Assembly: GCA_949292245.1 (NCBI GenBank)
Contig: CASEYV010000001.1
Coordinates: 183,313 to 247,312, forward strand
Length of the DNA: 64,000 nucleotides
Reading direction: 5' to 3'
Source of the DNA: an uncultured bacterium
Lineage (GTDB): Bacteria > Bacillota_I > Bacilli_A > RF39 > UBA660
The position numbers were made by a program, and so were the translations under genes. Under the pieces are notes generated by a model. That model did not search any database, was not told the DNA's origin, and was given only the letters and a program-made list of their open reading frames with translations. This document shows positions 53,075 through 62,700 of this stretch, piece by piece (position 1 is the stretch's first letter; every line of letters begins with the position of its first letter).

Positions 53075-53542
53075 ATGGAGAAAAATATGGTAAAAAATTT
53101 TATTCAAAAACTTTATGAATCTGAAATCCAAAATACAGAATTAGCTTTAGCTACTGAATCTTTTTCAGATGAAATTCAATCTATTATTGAAAAAGTTACA
53201 AATTTAAAAACAAAAGAATTGGCTGATTTAGTTAAAAAAATTAAATATGACGGTAATATTGAAAAAGCCGACACATTTAATAATGAATTGGGTCAAAAAT
53301 TAGATACTTTGATTCAAACAGCTACAGAAGTTAAATCAGAAATTGATAATAACGTAGTTCAATTATTCCAAGGTAATGATTTACAAGGTTCAGAAGCTAA
53401 TATGGATAATGAATTGGGTGATTTCGAAGATGATTTCGGTTCAGATGATATGGAAGAATTTTCTATGGATGATTCTGAAGGCGATGAAGATTTAGATTTA
53501 GATGGTATTGATTTTGGTGAAGTTTCAAGAGAAAAGAAATAA
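53075..53542 (+). CDS. hypothetical protein with a helical N-terminus and a very acidic C-terminus
   Basis: 155-aa ORF with a late motif upstream. Confidence 0.5.
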   Translation: MEKNMVKNFIQKLYESEIQNTELALATESFSDEIQSIIEKVTNLKTKELADLVKKIKYDGNIEKADTFNNELGQKLDTLIQTATEVKSEIDNNVVQLFQGNDLQGSEANMDNELGDFEDDFGSDDMEEFSMDDSEGDEDLDLDGIDFGEVSREKK

Positions 53543-53545
53543 AAA

Positions 53546-54106
53546 ATGAACACATTAGAAGATAGAGTTACAAAAAATGTTAATAGTTTGATTATGATGT
53601 TACGCTCTAAAGGAGTGAAACAATTATCAGCAACTAAATTTTTATTATTTATAAACAACAATTACGATGTTCAATTGGACCAAGATTCATTAGAAAAAAT
53701 ATTAAGTAATAATGATTCAGTAACGGAAGTTATAGATGATAAAATTATTATTGGTGCTCCATCACAAGAAAGTTCAGAAGATGTTTCTGATAATATTCAT
53801 GATACAGCTGTTGACCAAGCATCTAAAAATATGTCTATGGAATCAGTTGATTTATCAGATGTATTAAAAATATATGAAAATATTAAAATAGGTTCTGAAA
53901 TTAATCCAAAAGATATAATTTTAGAATCAACAGATAAAAATTATTTTTTAAATAATGGTGTTAAAAAATCAAAATCAACATATATTATAACTGATATTTT
54001 ACCAGGAAAAACTGTAAATGAATCGAAAATTCGTTGTAAAATAAATGGTCAATGTTTATTCGCTGACTTTCCTATAAAATCTATTAAAATGAAAAAGAGA
54101 ACTTAA
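53546..54106 (+). CDS. hypothetical protein
   Basis: 186-aa ORF starting 3 nt after the previous stop. Confidence 0.5.
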   Translation: MNTLEDRVTKNVNSLIMMLRSKGVKQLSATKFLLFINNNYDVQLDQDSLEKILSNNDSVTEVIDDKIIIGAPSQESSEDVSDNIHDTAVDQASKNMSMESVDLSDVLKIYENIKIGSEINPKDIILESTDKNYFLNNGVKKSKSTYIITDILPGKTVNESKIRCKINGQCLFADFPIKSIKMKKRT

Positions 54107-54122
54107 AAAGTTCTCTTTTTTT
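54092..54122 (+). terminator. rho-independent terminator overlapping the stop codon
   Basis: aaaaagagaactt-aaa-aagttctcttttt followed by ttt. Confidence 0.8.
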
Positions 54123-54128
54123 TATAGT

Positions 54129-54136
54129 AATAAATA
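54129..54136 (+). promoter_or_regulatory. late promoter variant AATAAATA
   Basis: Lies 31 nt upstream of the ATG at 54167. Confidence 0.4.
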
Positions 54137-54166
54137 ATAATATAGATATTGAATAAGGAATTTACA

Positions 54167-55969
54167 ATGGAATTTTATGATGCAACAAGTGCTAAACAAT
54201 ATGCAAGAAATAGAACAAGAATCATAAAAGAAATTAATGATATTGAAGAAAATATATTACAAGCTGTTGATGAAAATCAATTTGAATGTGATGTATTTAA
54301 TACCGTGATGACTGATTCAAGAGAAATAGCAGAACCAATTAGAGATGCTAAAGCTCATTGTTTAATGGAATTATCAAAAGTTTCAATTCACAAAGATTAT
54401 GAAAATGAAGATGACGAAGTTTTTGTTAAAGAAATTATTTGTGGTAATGCTAATATTGAATCTCCTTATGACAGAGTTTTCTGCGGTAATGCTAAAATAT
54501 TAGAACAAATAGATTCTTATGCTAATTGTGGTAATGCAGAAGGTATTGCATATCGTAAAAATTATTTTAGAGTTGGTGAAATATTAACTGTAAAAGATAG
54601 AAATGATGTTAATCCATTAGAATTTAAAGTTGTTGAAGTTAATGGTAATGGTGATATTATCAATATGGAAATACTTAATCGTGGAGAATTTACAGATAAT
54701 ATATTTGATACAGCCCAATTACAATATAAAGATATGACAAATTGGTTGAATATCGATTCTGATTTTGGTGTCATTTCTGATTTAAAAATTACAAGAGAAA
54801 ATGAAATATTAGTAAAAGATTTAACTGATGGATTAACCGATGGTGTTGCAACTGCTTGGTTTCCAATTCAAAAAACTTATAATCTTGAATCGTTACCATC
54901 AATGGGATTTGGTGAATTAAATGATGTTTATATTAAAAATCAAAATGAAATTTTTATAAAAACTGAACATGGTTGGTTTTTAAGTAATAAAATGTATGAC
55001 TATATATCTTTTAAATTACCATTTAATTTTGGTTTAGAAGGAACAGTTATTTACAATTTATTTGGTAATAATTGGGTTAAAACTCATTGTGGTTGGTATA
55101 AAGTCCATAATATATATGATTTGGGTGATTCAGTAAGACCTGATTCATTTGCTTATAGAGAATATGATATTGTATATTATAATGAAGTTATAACTGATGA
55201 AGAAGGTGAAATTGTTCAAAGAATCCCACATAGAATTTATAAATGCTGTCATAATGTTTGGAAAGATATTATTTTTGAATATGATTGGCAAGATAAACCA
55301 AGTGATAATTTTGGTGAAGATTTTGATTTATTCATTTATCCCGAAGGTAATTATCGTGTTAAAATAAACGGTCATTGGGAAATAAGTAAAAATGAATGGA
55401 GATTTGATTCTATATATTTAGAAGATACATTTGGTGATATTCATGATGTATTGACTTATACAGGAAAATATGAACCATTTACAACTTATGTTAAAATGGG
55501 TGTAACAAAAGACCATCCAAATGGTCATTGGGAATTGGTTGAAAAAGTATGGAATTTAAATGATTATCTTTTAGGTAGATTGCCTGTAAATGTAGATTTA
55601 GTATGGAGAATAAAAGCAATAATATTAGATGATTTTGGTGATGGCTATATGTATCCAACAACTGTAGTATTTAATATTGGTAATGCTTCTGCTTATGTAA
55701 AAATCATTAACGATAAAATTATTGATATTATATTAATTAATAATGGTGATGATTATGTTGAAATTCCAGAAGTTAATTTTGTTATGGAAGCTCCTGTTAT
55801 GTCTAAAAAATATTATCAAGTTTGGAAAAGATTACAAGAAAATAGTGTATTACAAGATGAAATGCAACAAGTTATGGATTATTTTGAATCTACGAAAAAA
55901 TATGCAATTTCTCGTGTAACTAATGACCAAACTGGTAATACATTTTATTGGCATTTACAATGGAATTAA
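54167..55969 (+). CDS. hypothetical (probably structural) protein with CGNA repeats and repeated G-x-W beta-hairpin-like motifs
   Basis: The ATG at 54167 with an AAGGAA RBS is preferred over the TTG at 54149. CGNA appears three times, spaced 14-15 aa apart. Four motifs are HGWFLSNKMYDY, CGWYKVHNIYDL, GHWEISKNEWRF and GHWELVEKVWNL. Confidence 0.5.
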   Translation: MEFYDATSAKQYARNRTRIIKEINDIEENILQAVDENQFECDVFNTVMTDSREIAEPIRDAKAHCLMELSKVSIHKDYENEDDEVFVKEIICGNANIESPYDRVFCGNAKILEQIDSYANCGNAEGIAYRKNYFRVGEILTVKDRNDVNPLEFKVVEVNGNGDIINMEILNRGEFTDNIFDTAQLQYKDMTNWLNIDSDFGVISDLKITRENEILVKDLTDGLTDGVATAWFPIQKTYNLESLPSMGFGELNDVYIKNQNEIFIKTEHGWFLSNKMYDYISFKLPFNFGLEGTVIYNLFGNNWVKTHCGWYKVHNIYDLGDSVRPDSFAYREYDIVYYNEVITDEEGEIVQRIPHRIYKCCHNVWKDIIFEYDWQDKPSDNFGEDFDLFIYPEGNYRVKINGHWEISKNEWRFDSIYLEDTFGDIHDVLTYTGKYEPFTTYVKMGVTKDHPNGHWELVEKVWNLNDYLLGRLPVNVDLVWRIKAIILDDFGDGYMYPTTVVFNIGNASAYVKIINDKIIDIILINNGDDYVEIPEVNFVMEAPVMSKKYYQVWKRLQENSVLQDEMQQVMDYFESTKKYAISRVTNDQTGNTFYWHLQWN

Positions 55970-55998
55970 TTGACAAATAAAATTAAATATATTAAAAT
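55970..55998 (+). promoter_or_regulatory. sigma70-like promoter TTGACA-17-TAAAAT
   Basis: Exact -35 element and a 17-nt spacer. It is immediately followed by a hairpin and T run at about 56000-56035. Confidence 0.45.
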
Positions 55999-56069
55999 TG
56001 GCACTAATTATTATAGTGTCAATTTTTTTATGAAAAAATAAAAAAGTTAACAAAAAGTTAATTTTTTAC

Positions 56070-56098
56070 TTGACAAAGTATATTTTTAGATTTATATT
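56070..56098 (+). promoter_or_regulatory. sigma70-like promoter TTGACA-17-TATATT
   Basis: Exact -35 element and a 17-nt spacer, about 48 nt upstream of the ATG at 56146. Confidence 0.5.
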
Positions 56099-56145
56099 AC
56101 TGATAAATCAATAAAATGTGAAATTATTTAAAGGAAATAAAGGAA

Positions 56146-57000
56146 ATGTGTCTTATATTTTTAAAACCAAAATCAGCAAAAAATTATTTAACTTATGAAA
56201 GATTTTGTAATGCTTTAGAAAACAATCCTCATTCAGTTGGTATTGTTTATAAAAATCCTTCTGATGGAAAAGTTAAAATTGAAAGATTTGTTCATCCAGA
56301 AAAAGGTAAAGAAAAAATTTATGATATTATCAAAGATAAAGAAGAATATGCTATTCACTTTAGATATGCAACACATGGTGGTGTTAATTTAGCTAACTGC
56401 CATCCATTTATTGTAAATTCTGATTTATGTTTAATGCACAATGGTGTTATGAGCGAGTTTGGTAAAATTGATGAATCAAAATCTGATACAAAGAATTTTA
56501 CCGAATGCTTCTTAAGACCATATATTGAACAAGAAGGAATTGGTGTTATCAAAGATAAAGAATTTATCGAAGATGTTGGTAAAGTAATTGGAGCATATAA
56601 TAAATTATTGTTAATTGATAAGGATTTTAATTGGTCAATTATCAATGAATCTTCTGGTGTTTGGAAAGAAGGTTGCTGGTTGAGTAATTCATATTCAACT
56701 GAATCTTCAAGAAACTATTATGATTGCTATAGTTATGGTAATTACTATAATAATAGTTCTAAATATAATTATCATAAAGATTACAAATATTATGATAATT
56801 ATAGTAAAAGTTATAATGATTGGGACGATGATGACGATTATTGGGACAATTATTATAATTCTAAATATAATCATGAAGAAAATAAGAAAAAATTTAATGA
56901 AGTTTTTGGTGGTGATGAAAAAACCGAACTTCAAAAAAAATTAGAAGCTGACCCATTTGGTTCATATGATGTTGAAACTGGTGAAGTTTTTGTAGATTAA
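56146..57000 (+). CDS. class-II (Ntn) glutamine amidotransferase-like protein with a Tyr/Asn/Asp-rich low-complexity tail
   Basis: N-terminal Met-Cys (MCLIFL), then HFRYATHGG..NCHPF and LMHNGV, matching the remembered GATase_2 pattern (MC..., hfR.AT.G...N.HPF, ..HNG.i). Confidence 0.6.
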   Translation: MCLIFLKPKSAKNYLTYERFCNALENNPHSVGIVYKNPSDGKVKIERFVHPEKGKEKIYDIIKDKEEYAIHFRYATHGGVNLANCHPFIVNSDLCLMHNGVMSEFGKIDESKSDTKNFTECFLRPYIEQEGIGVIKDKEFIEDVGKVIGAYNKLLLIDKDFNWSIINESSGVWKEGCWLSNSYSTESSRNYYDCYSYGNYYNNSSKYNYHKDYKYYDNYSKSYNDWDDDDDYWDNYYNSKYNHEENKKKFNEVFGGDEKTELQKKLEADPFGSYDVETGEVFVD

Positions 57001-57008
57001 AAATAATT

Positions 57009-57037
57009 TTGACATATTTTCTTAAATTGTGTAAAAT
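57009..57037 (+). promoter_or_regulatory. sigma70-like promoter TTGACA-17-TAAAAT for groES-groEL
   Basis: Exact -35 element and a 17-nt spacer. The -10 element abuts the terminator hairpin at 57037-57060, so the predicted start falls inside its left arm. Confidence 0.5.
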
Positions 57038-57066
57038 AAGCTAATCAAAAGATTAGCTTATTTTTT
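57037..57066 (+). terminator. rho-independent terminator of the upstream gene
   Basis: taagctaatc-aaaa-gattagctta followed by tttttt. Confidence 0.7.
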
Positions 57067-57081
57067 ATAGGAGAAATATTA

Positions 57082-57465
57082 ATGCGAGTAGGTTATACAA
57101 TTTACGATAAAGAAAAAACAATTAAATTAACATCCGCACCTGAAAATGGTTGGAATATTGTATTTGAAGGATTTGATACAATTAAACCAATGTTTGATTA
57201 TGTATTAGTTGAAAAAGATGAAGAAAAAACAAAGACAGCTGGTGGCTTAGTAATTCCAGATACAATGAAAGAAAAACCAAGCACTGGAACTATTGTCGCT
57301 GTTGGTGATGGATTGATTTGTGAAAAAACAGGTGAATCAATTCCTATGAAAGTAAAAGTTGGTGATAGAATTATTTTTCCTAAGTTAGCTGGTAAAACAA
57401 TTAAAGTTGATGATTCTGAAAAAACAATATTGAAACAATCTGAAATTTTAGGTATTCTTAATTAA
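57082..57465 (+). CDS. groES: co-chaperonin GroES (Cpn10) with an N-terminal extension of about 33 aa
   Basis: IKPMFDYVLVEKDEEKTKTAGGLVIPDTMKEKPSTGTIVAVGDG...VGDRIIFPK...ILGIL is a canonical Cpn10. AGGAG lies 8 nt before the ATG at 57082. Confidence 0.85.
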   Translation: MRVGYTIYDKEKTIKLTSAPENGWNIVFEGFDTIKPMFDYVLVEKDEEKTKTAGGLVIPDTMKEKPSTGTIVAVGDGLICEKTGESIPMKVKVGDRIIFPKLAGKTIKVDDSEKTILKQSEILGILN

Positions 57466-57486
57466 GAATTAAAGGAGATATAAAAT

Positions 57487-59118
57487 ATGCAAATTAAAAA
57501 AGTAATTAAAGGCGATGAAGCAAGATTTAAACTTTATGATGGATTTAAAACTGTTGCTGATATTGTATCTACAACAGCTGGTCCAGGTGGACGAAATGTT
57601 GCAATTCAAGAATCATGGGGTGGTCCAAAAGTAACAAAAGACGGTGTTACAGTAGCTAAATCTATCACATTGATGGATGCCGAGGGAGAAGGTGCTAAAA
57701 TGATTATTCAAGCATCTGAAAAAACAAATAAAAATGCTGGTGATGGAACAACAGCTACTTGTATTTTAGCTAAATCATTGGCAGAAGAAGGAATGAAATC
57801 AATTTCCAAAGGAAGAAAATCAACAGAAATTAAAAATGGTATTGATTATGCTGTTTCTTTAGTCGTTGAATCATTGAAAAATCATTCTAAGGAAATTAAA
57901 ACAAATGAAGAAATTCGTCAAGTAGCAACAGTATCAGCTAATAACGATACAGAAATTGGTGATATGATTACATCTGCTGTTGAAAAAATTGGTCGTGATG
58001 GTGTAATTACTGTTGAAGATGGTCGTGGATTGAAAACTGAATTAGAAGTTGTTGAAGGTATGCAATTTGACCAAGGTTATTTGTCTCCATATTTTATGAC
58101 AAATCCAGAAAAACAATTAGTAGAATTTGATAATCCATTGATTTTCTTGTATGATGGAAAAATTAATACAATGCAATCATTAGTTCCATTGTTGGAAAAT
58201 GTTATTAAGTCAGGTAGACCTATTGTATTTGTTGCTGATGAAGTTGATAATGAACCATTGACAACATTAGTAGTAAACCATATGAAAGGTGTATTGAAAT
58301 GTTGTGCTGTTAAAGCTCCATCATTTGGTGATATTCGTAAATTTATTATGGAAGATATTGCTACATTGACAGGTGGACAATTTATTTCAACAAGTTTAGG
58401 TGTTAATATTGAAGATATTACTATCGATATGTTAGGAACTTGTGATAAAATTAAAATTACTCCAACTGAAACTACGATTATTGGTGGTCAAGGTGATAAA
58501 GATTCTATTAAAGATAGAGTTGAAAAATTGAAAGAAGAAATGACCAATATTGAATCATCTTATGATAAAGAAAAAATCCGTGAAAGAATTGCAAGACTTT
58601 CAAATGGTATTGCTATTATCAAAGTTGGTGGTGCAACTGAAGTTGAAGTAAAAGAAAAGAAAGATAGAGTTGAAGATGCGGTTTGTGCAACTCGTGCTGC
58701 TCTTGAAGAAGGAATTCTTCCTGGTGGTGGTGTATCATTGGTTAGAGCTTCAAAAGAAGTTAAATTCTCTGATACATTTACAGAAGATTTTAAAGAAGGT
58801 ATTAATATTGTATTACGTTCTTTGTCATCACAAATGAAAACAATTGCTGAAAACTCTGGAAAATCAGGTGATGTAGTTGTTGAAAAAGTATTAGATTCTG
58901 ATAATTATAATTACGGTTATAATGCTTTGACAGATAATTATTGTGATTTGGTTGAAACAGGTATTGTTGATGCTACAAAAGTTGTTCGTTGTGCATTAGA
59001 AAATGCTTCATCAGTAGCTGGTTCTTTACTTACAGTTGAAGGTATTATTATTGATGACATTGAAAAAAATGCTCAATTAATGCAAATGATGAGACCACAA
59101 CCACAAATGGGAATGTAA
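57487..59118 (+). CDS. groEL: chaperonin GroEL (Cpn60)
   Basis: Full-length 543 aa, with TAGPGGRNVAIQESWGGPKVTKDGVTVAKSI, AGDGTTATCILA, VEGMQFDQGYLSPYF, AVKAPSFGD, GGATEVEVKEKKDRVEDA and GILPGGG. The C-terminus is MQMMRPQPQMGM. Confidence 0.95.
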   Translation: MQIKKVIKGDEARFKLYDGFKTVADIVSTTAGPGGRNVAIQESWGGPKVTKDGVTVAKSITLMDAEGEGAKMIIQASEKTNKNAGDGTTATCILAKSLAEEGMKSISKGRKSTEIKNGIDYAVSLVVESLKNHSKEIKTNEEIRQVATVSANNDTEIGDMITSAVEKIGRDGVITVEDGRGLKTELEVVEGMQFDQGYLSPYFMTNPEKQLVEFDNPLIFLYDGKINTMQSLVPLLENVIKSGRPIVFVADEVDNEPLTTLVVNHMKGVLKCCAVKAPSFGDIRKFIMEDIATLTGGQFISTSLGVNIEDITIDMLGTCDKIKITPTETTIIGGQGDKDSIKDRVEKLKEEMTNIESSYDKEKIRERIARLSNGIAIIKVGGATEVEVKEKKDRVEDAVCATRAALEEGILPGGGVSLVRASKEVKFSDTFTEDFKEGINIVLRSLSSQMKTIAENSGKSGDVVVEKVLDSDNYNYGYNALTDNYCDLVETGIVDATKVVRCALENASSVAGSLLTVEGIIIDDIEKNAQLMQMMRPQPQMGM

Positions 59119-59137
59119 AAATAAAATATATTTAAAA

Positions 59138-59170
59138 TAAATGCCATCTAATTAGATGGCATTTATTTTT
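59138..59170 (+). terminator. rho-independent terminator after groEL
   Basis: aaatgccatctaattagatggcattt followed by attttt. Confidence 0.85.
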
Positions 59171-59173
59171 ACC

Positions 59174-59181
59174 AATAAATA
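59174..59181 (+). promoter_or_regulatory. late promoter variant AATAAATA
   Basis: Lies 31 nt upstream of the ATG at 59212. Confidence 0.4.
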
Positions 59182-59211
59182 TTATTATAATAAAATTTGG
59201 AGAATAAAAAA

Positions 59212-59781
59212 ATGTTTGAAGAAATAGATTGTCAATATGGTGATGTTAGTCCAACATTAAATTGTAACAAACATTCCGAAAAAAATTTAGTCATTTCATT
59301 TTCATTATTAATGAGATTATTTGAATGGTGTCACGAAGATGCTAAAGATGATGTTGAAATGCACAAAGTTATGGAAAAATTGGTAGCATTTAATGATGGT
59401 GTTAATCCTTTAACTATTGATGTATATGATTGTTTAATTAACGATGTTAATTGCCCAAATGCTACTGAAGAAGATATTGATTATGCTTATGATTTAGGTC
59501 AAGAATTAGCTAATAAAGATTGCCAATTAAATGATGATGGTAGAAATTATTCACATGTAGCTGGTGAAATTATTACAACTTGTAAAGATGACGGCTGTGG
59601 TGCTTCTAATAGTGAATTAGAATCTTTTTGGAATGGTTATAATTCAGAGGAAGACCCACGTCAAAATTCATCAGTTATAACATTGAATGATGAAAATCCA
59701 TCTGCTTGCTGTGCTGGTGATATGTTAGATACTGATGTTTTGGAAAAAATTCAAAGTATAATTAATAATAGTAAATTTTAA
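59212..59781 (+). CDS. hypothetical acidic Cys-rich protein
   Basis: The ATG at 59212 with a GGAG RBS is preferred over the TTG at 59197. It has 13 Cys residues in 189 aa. Confidence 0.5.
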   Translation: MFEEIDCQYGDVSPTLNCNKHSEKNLVISFSLLMRLFEWCHEDAKDDVEMHKVMEKLVAFNDGVNPLTIDVYDCLINDVNCPNATEEDIDYAYDLGQELANKDCQLNDDGRNYSHVAGEIITTCKDDGCGASNSELESFWNGYNSEEDPRQNSSVITLNDENPSACCAGDMLDTDVLEKIQSIINNSKF

Positions 59782-59792
59782 TAGGAAAATAA

Positions 59793-62700
59793 ATGGATAT
59801 AAATTGGATTACTCCTTCAGGCGTTATAGTTGATGACTATGAAGAACAAGAATTAAAAGATATCATCATAGAAGTTGAACCATCAGATGTTATTGTTAAT
59901 ATCATTTCTGGTGAATTACCTAATGGTATTTCTTTATATAAGATTAGAGATGGTCGTTATGGCTTGCAAGGAGTTTTACCAATTGTTAGTGAAGATACTT
60001 CTTATTATTTTACATTGAGAGCTTCATTAGATAATGAATATTTAGATAGATATTTTCAAATTAATATAAAAAATAAAAAAGTAATGTGGGATGACTCTCA
60101 ATCAGATACATTTACTTTTTCCGAAACTTCATATGTTTCACAACAATTAAAATTAATTAATGCGACTGGTGATGAAAAATTTATTAAAATGTCTGGTGAA
60201 TTACCAGCTGGATTAACTTTAAATAATACAGGTTTGTTATATGGTATTGTATCTGAAGTTCCAGAAGAATTGACATATTATTCAAAAATAGGTGTTATTA
60301 AAAATGGACAAATAATTTTAGAAAAAGATTTTACAATTAAAATTGTCAAATTATCTTCATTGAAAGAACCTATATGGATAACAGAATCTGGATTAATTGG
60401 AACATTAAATTATAATGATATTTCATCTTTATTTGTCAAAGCATATGACCCTAATGGATTAAGAATAACATATGAATTAGGTGATAAAGGAAATTTACCA
60501 ACTGGATTATCATTAGATACTACAACTGGATATATTAACGGACAATTAAAATCTGAATATTCACAAGATTGGAATTTTAATATAATAGCTAGTAATGGAG
60601 CATATGAATTAAGTCGTGATTTCATGATTTCAACAAATGTAATATCAGAAAATAATGATATTATATGGGTTTCTGAACATATGCTTGGTAATTATAAAAT
60701 AGGTGATAATATAGTTATTAAATTAGAAGTTCAATCTAATTTCCCTGCTGTTTATACATTAGTTACTGATACTTTACCGAAAGGGTTGTCTTTTAATAAT
60801 AAAGGTGAAATTATTGGTGTTATTGATTATCAAGAATTAGGAACAAAAGAATTTATAATTGAAGTTACTAACGGATTTAAAACTATTCAAAGAACATTTA
60901 CTATTGAAGTTTTAAAAGGATTGGGAAAAAATTCTGTTCAAAGTTATTTTTATATAAATCATGAATATGATTCTGATTATAATAGATTGGTTGGAACATT
61001 TGATAGAAGCACATCATTTGAAGCATTTAATCCATTATATAAAATTAATACTTATCCTGAAATTAATGTATGTAAGTTAACTTGCTTTGATAAAACATTA
61101 TTAAAGCATATGCTTTATTTTAATAAAGAATTAGACATTTATTGGGAAAAGACAGTTAAAAAAGATTATATTAAAAATGATGAAATTATATATTCAGCAT
61201 ATTATAAACAATTAAGAGAAGAAACATCAGTTGGTAATATGACGACTATAAATGGAAATAAAATATATATTATTCCATCTAAACTTAGTTCTACTGGATA
61301 TATAAATGAATATACAAAAGAACCTATAGAAGTTGTAGGTCAAATATTTACAGAAAAGAAAGACGGTAAAAAATATATAATTTATTTAAATAGAAAAATA
61401 TATATTGAAATATTAAATGACAATCAATTTTATGAAAAAGATTCATTAAAAGTTATTGAATATGGAGAACCTGTATATATTGAAGAATATATTGAATTTG
61501 GTGAAGTTAAACAAAAAAGATATATATTAAAAAATAATGCAAAAGTTGAAGTATTACAGGCTGAAAATGGTATGATAATGAATTCTGAAACTAATGAATT
61601 TATGAATTTATATCAAGATTCGACAGATATTTTTCAAGATGAACCAACTACTAGATATTATTTTTATGAAGATAATAATACAACATTAGCATTATCGTCA
61701 ACATCTGAAATAAGAAATATTTTAAATCAAAAAATATATGTTGAAAAAAATAATAATGATTATGTATTATATGATATGGGAACTCAAGAAATAATATCTG
61801 AAAGTAATCAATATCCAGAATATACAATTTATTGGGATGAAGAACGTCAAACATATTATGCTGAATATAAAGGTGAAAAACAATATCTATCAGTATATGC
61901 CGTTAATGAATTAAATCAAGAGCCAGAATTAGTATATGCTTCTTGGGAACGTGCTGGACAATATGAAATTGATGGCGGTATTGCTGAAACAGATTCTTTT
62001 GAAGATATATTAAATGCTGGTGATGCTTCAACAACATCATTTAAAGAAATAATCGATGGTAATTATGAAAGATATGTTATTCAACCAGTTCAAGTTTATA
62101 CTGAATACTTAAATACAGATGTTGATTATAAACAATATTTGGTATATGAAAAAGGAACAATGAATTTACAAGAAAATATTTTATTTACATTATCTTGGAA
62201 TCCAAGTTGTAAATTTATAATATTAGATGGTAAAGTTCATCATGTTGATGTTATAAACAATCCATGGATGTATATCCCTGAAATAAATGAGATGATTGGT
62301 TATCCGACAAAAATTGTATTGCCATATATTTCAGATGAAGACATTATTGAAGAAAATAATAAAAATTATGTATTATTTTTTGATGAAGAAAATGAATCAT
62401 TGCCATTATGGAAAACAAAAGAGATTGAATCTTGGAAATCAAATCAATCATATATTACTAATGATGTTTTACAATATAATGGTATATATTATGTCGTATT
62501 GAATAATTTTACAAGCACTAATATTTTTGATGAAACTAATATGAGAAGAATGACAGAAACTGAAGTTAGTGAATATAGTAAAACATATTATTTCCCAACA
62601 TTAGATTTATTTTATTCTTATCCAAATACTAACTTATTAGCTCTAAGTAATTTGAATAATTTAGAAAGTAAAAGTGGATTTTGGACAGGAAGAAAATTTG

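Noticed and set aside
56707-56944. Two Ile-rich ORFs on both strands (56707..56934 on the minus strand and 56720..56944 on the plus strand).
   Set aside because: They are alternative-frame shadows of the Tyr/Asn-rich (TAT/AAT) low-complexity tail of the amidotransferase-like gene.
57037-57060. Possible CIRCE/HrcA heat-shock operator upstream of groES.
   Set aside because: The inverted repeat taAGCTAATC-aaaa-GATTAGCTta has a 4-nt loop. It does not match TTAGCACTC-N9-GAGTGCTAA in sequence or spacing. With its T run it is better explained as the terminator of the upstream gene.
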